Notes under the pieces: model-generated
Told to the model about the DNA's origin: nothing
Seen by the model: only the letters and a program-made list of their open reading frames with translations
Database searches by the model: none
Origin: Balanoglossus misakiensis
Lineage: Eukaryota > Animalia > Hemichordata
NCBI GenBank assembly: GCA_040954595.2
Contig: CM082585.2
Span: 5,357,808-5,421,807, forward strand
Direction of reading: 5' to 3'
DNA length: 64,000 nucleotides
In this document: piece after piece, positions 61,801 to 64,000 of the stretch
Layout of the letters: each line of letters begins with the position of its first letter
Numbering within the stretch: position 1 is the stretch's first letter
Translations under genes and position numbers: made by a program

Positions 61801-64000
61801 CGGTGATGGAAGGGTTGATGGTGTTGTGCAGGGCACCAGTAAGAAATATATGATGTGCACCCAAGGAAGACGACAGGGGATTGAAAAAGTACATGTAACG
61901 TCAACTTTAATAATTGATCACTGAGGCATGTACAGTACAGTTTTCATCTCAGCGATAAATAAAATTGTAGACGTCAACGCGATAATCACTGAGGCAATAT
62001 AGTACAACTTTCATCTTAGCAATAAATAAGATTGTACAAGAAACAAACAAATCATGATCTATATGATAGTGCTGGTGGCATTTTTGCCCAAGAAAATGAA
62101 AAATAAAATTAGCAATGTTCCTTTAAATTAATTAATTTCTATGCATAAGGAATCCCTATAATATAATCAGTCGGATGTTTCTCTCATGAGGGTCGTGTTC
62201 CTTGTTTGGACGTCCTATCCGCCGGGCAGGCGGCTGTCAATTAAAAGAAACGATGACATTCCCATCATAATACCACGGTGATGCCAAGACCACACATGCT
62301 GGTGATTCTTCATCCTCTGAGAGACACTTGCGAAAGAAAGATGGGTTTCGGGAAATGTTACTTGACGACAGTTGCCGCGAGATAAGAATATTTTATGAAT
62401 TTTGATTTGTGCAAAGCGGATCCATCTGGTTTGGTTGATATTGTTTGTTTGCTGTATGTCCGTTTTTTTTTTTTTTTTTTTGACGAGTCGAGCCGCAGAT
62501 GTTTTCAAGTAGGTCAAGAAGGGTGTATTAAAGTTAACAAATATTTGATATTTGATCGCCACTTGTTGTTTTCCTCTGTTTATATACGCTTCGGTCTGTA
62601 GTAGGTTTTTGCTTGATTTTTGAAGTATTTTTTATGAGAGAAAGAGAGAGTGTGGCATTTATTGCACTGGTGCACTGGAAAATCTGGACTATTATAGCAC
62701 TTGTCGTAAATAATGCCGACCTCATGAATATTGTAATCGGGGATCTCCTGCAGTTTCTGCTCCAGATCATCTGATGTTGGGCGCCCAGGGTCAGAAATGA
62801 CGTGGAAAGTTTTTAGTCTGCCTAGATAAATATGGGCATGGAGAATTTTGCCCTGAAAATTCTGACGTTGGTGTGTTTTTGGTAGGAGTGGGGGCTTTCA
62901 ATGAAGACAAAAAAACCAAGCCTTGGCAGTTTCTGTGGCTCTGTTGCAAAGCACAATACACTTGAGATTTGTGTACCTATGTATGTCATGGGACCATTGC
63001 CAGCAAAATACAACAAAAGGCAGCAAGGTGTACAAGTCCAAATTTTCAATTGACTGCAGGCACATTTCTATATTTAGTGACAAGGTGACAAAAACGGACT
63101 AAGTTCTTTTGACGGCTTCTTAGCCATCTTATTTGTTTTCTCTCTCTAAAGAGAATCTATTTATGCAGTTCATACGCAAGCACGACTTCTTAAAGCAAAC
63201 AAACGTGAGATTGGCAATACAGAAGATAGTGTTTCTGTCGCTGAAATAATAGTTCCTGCATACTAGTTCTCACTGTCAGTGACCAAAAAAGAATTAATGC
63301 CCCCATCGACCGGTCTGTGGCTGTGGGTATGGGTCCCATATACAACACAGTTGCTAGTAGTTAAACAGTATAGGCAAAAATTCATGGTTTACTTATGCTG
63401 TCGTCTCACAGAAAACCGTACCATGTAAGTAAAAGACGTCTCCGTTCCCTACATCTGATTTTAATCAGATTGGCCAAAAGTGTATACTGCTACAGTGTAC
63501 ATCATTTCAAACATACGGACGTAATGTACTGAAACAGTGCGTTGTTACTTTTTATCGCAGTCCCCATTCACTTTCATATATATAACGTGTATTGGTAAGC
63601 AAAATCTCCCTGAATAGTGATGTGCTAATAGTAATAAACAGAAATGTCGCACATGTGCAGTTCAGGCGACACTCCCCCTTTAAATCACCGATGAAATGGC
63701 CTGCCAGAGATTCACCCTGTGGTCAGGACTCGCATCTATCATGGCAACAGACAGGCATCCTGACGCGTGCTGCAAAGAAAACTCCCGGTTTCTGAAATAT
63801 TGCAAAATACCACTTGTGGAAAAAATCCTGGTGTCTGACGTCTGTGTGACCCTTTTTGTCCCCTTAACGTGATTTGAACGTCTTGTTAAAAAGTGCAATT
63901 TTACACGGCTGGCTGACTATAATTCTTCACGGTGCCATCCACAGAAATTTACAGCGTTATTAGCCGTTATAAATTCATTCTATTTGGCATGATTTCTAAT

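Noticed and set aside
55900-64000. Numerous 60-125 aa ORFs
   Set aside because: No recognisable motifs or convincing in-phase splice pairs; consistent with a long AT-rich first intron.

Overview
Eukaryotic (animal) genomic DNA with spliced genes (GT-AG introns), abundant microsatellites and many short non-autonomous DNA transposons. The overall style suggests a marine invertebrate deuterostome such as a hemichordate, echinoderm or amphioxus (inference only). Most entries in the supplied ORF track are exon fragments or noise, so gene models were rebuilt by hand from splice sites and reading phase. Genes in order: (1) 3' part of an ABCC5/MRP5-like ABC exporter (+), with a 35-Asp tract inside a coding exon; (2) an UNC93-like MFS protein (-), convergent with it and only about 130 bp apart stop-to-stop; (3) a LIMP-2/SCARB2-like CD36-family receptor (-); (4) a large multi-exon uncharacterised coiled-coil protein (-); (5) a weak candidate spliced gene end (+); (6) a small secreted, highly divergent cystine-knot (GPA2/bursicon-like) hormone gene (+) that the ORF track does not show whole; (7) a Na+/K+-ATPase beta subunit (+) with an unusual Ala/Thr/Pro-rich C-terminal tail; (8) the first exon of an unidentified gene (+) followed by a long intron. 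The most interesting items are the divergent cystine-knot hormone and two 20-bp palindromic insertions, each flanked by a 7-bp direct repeat.
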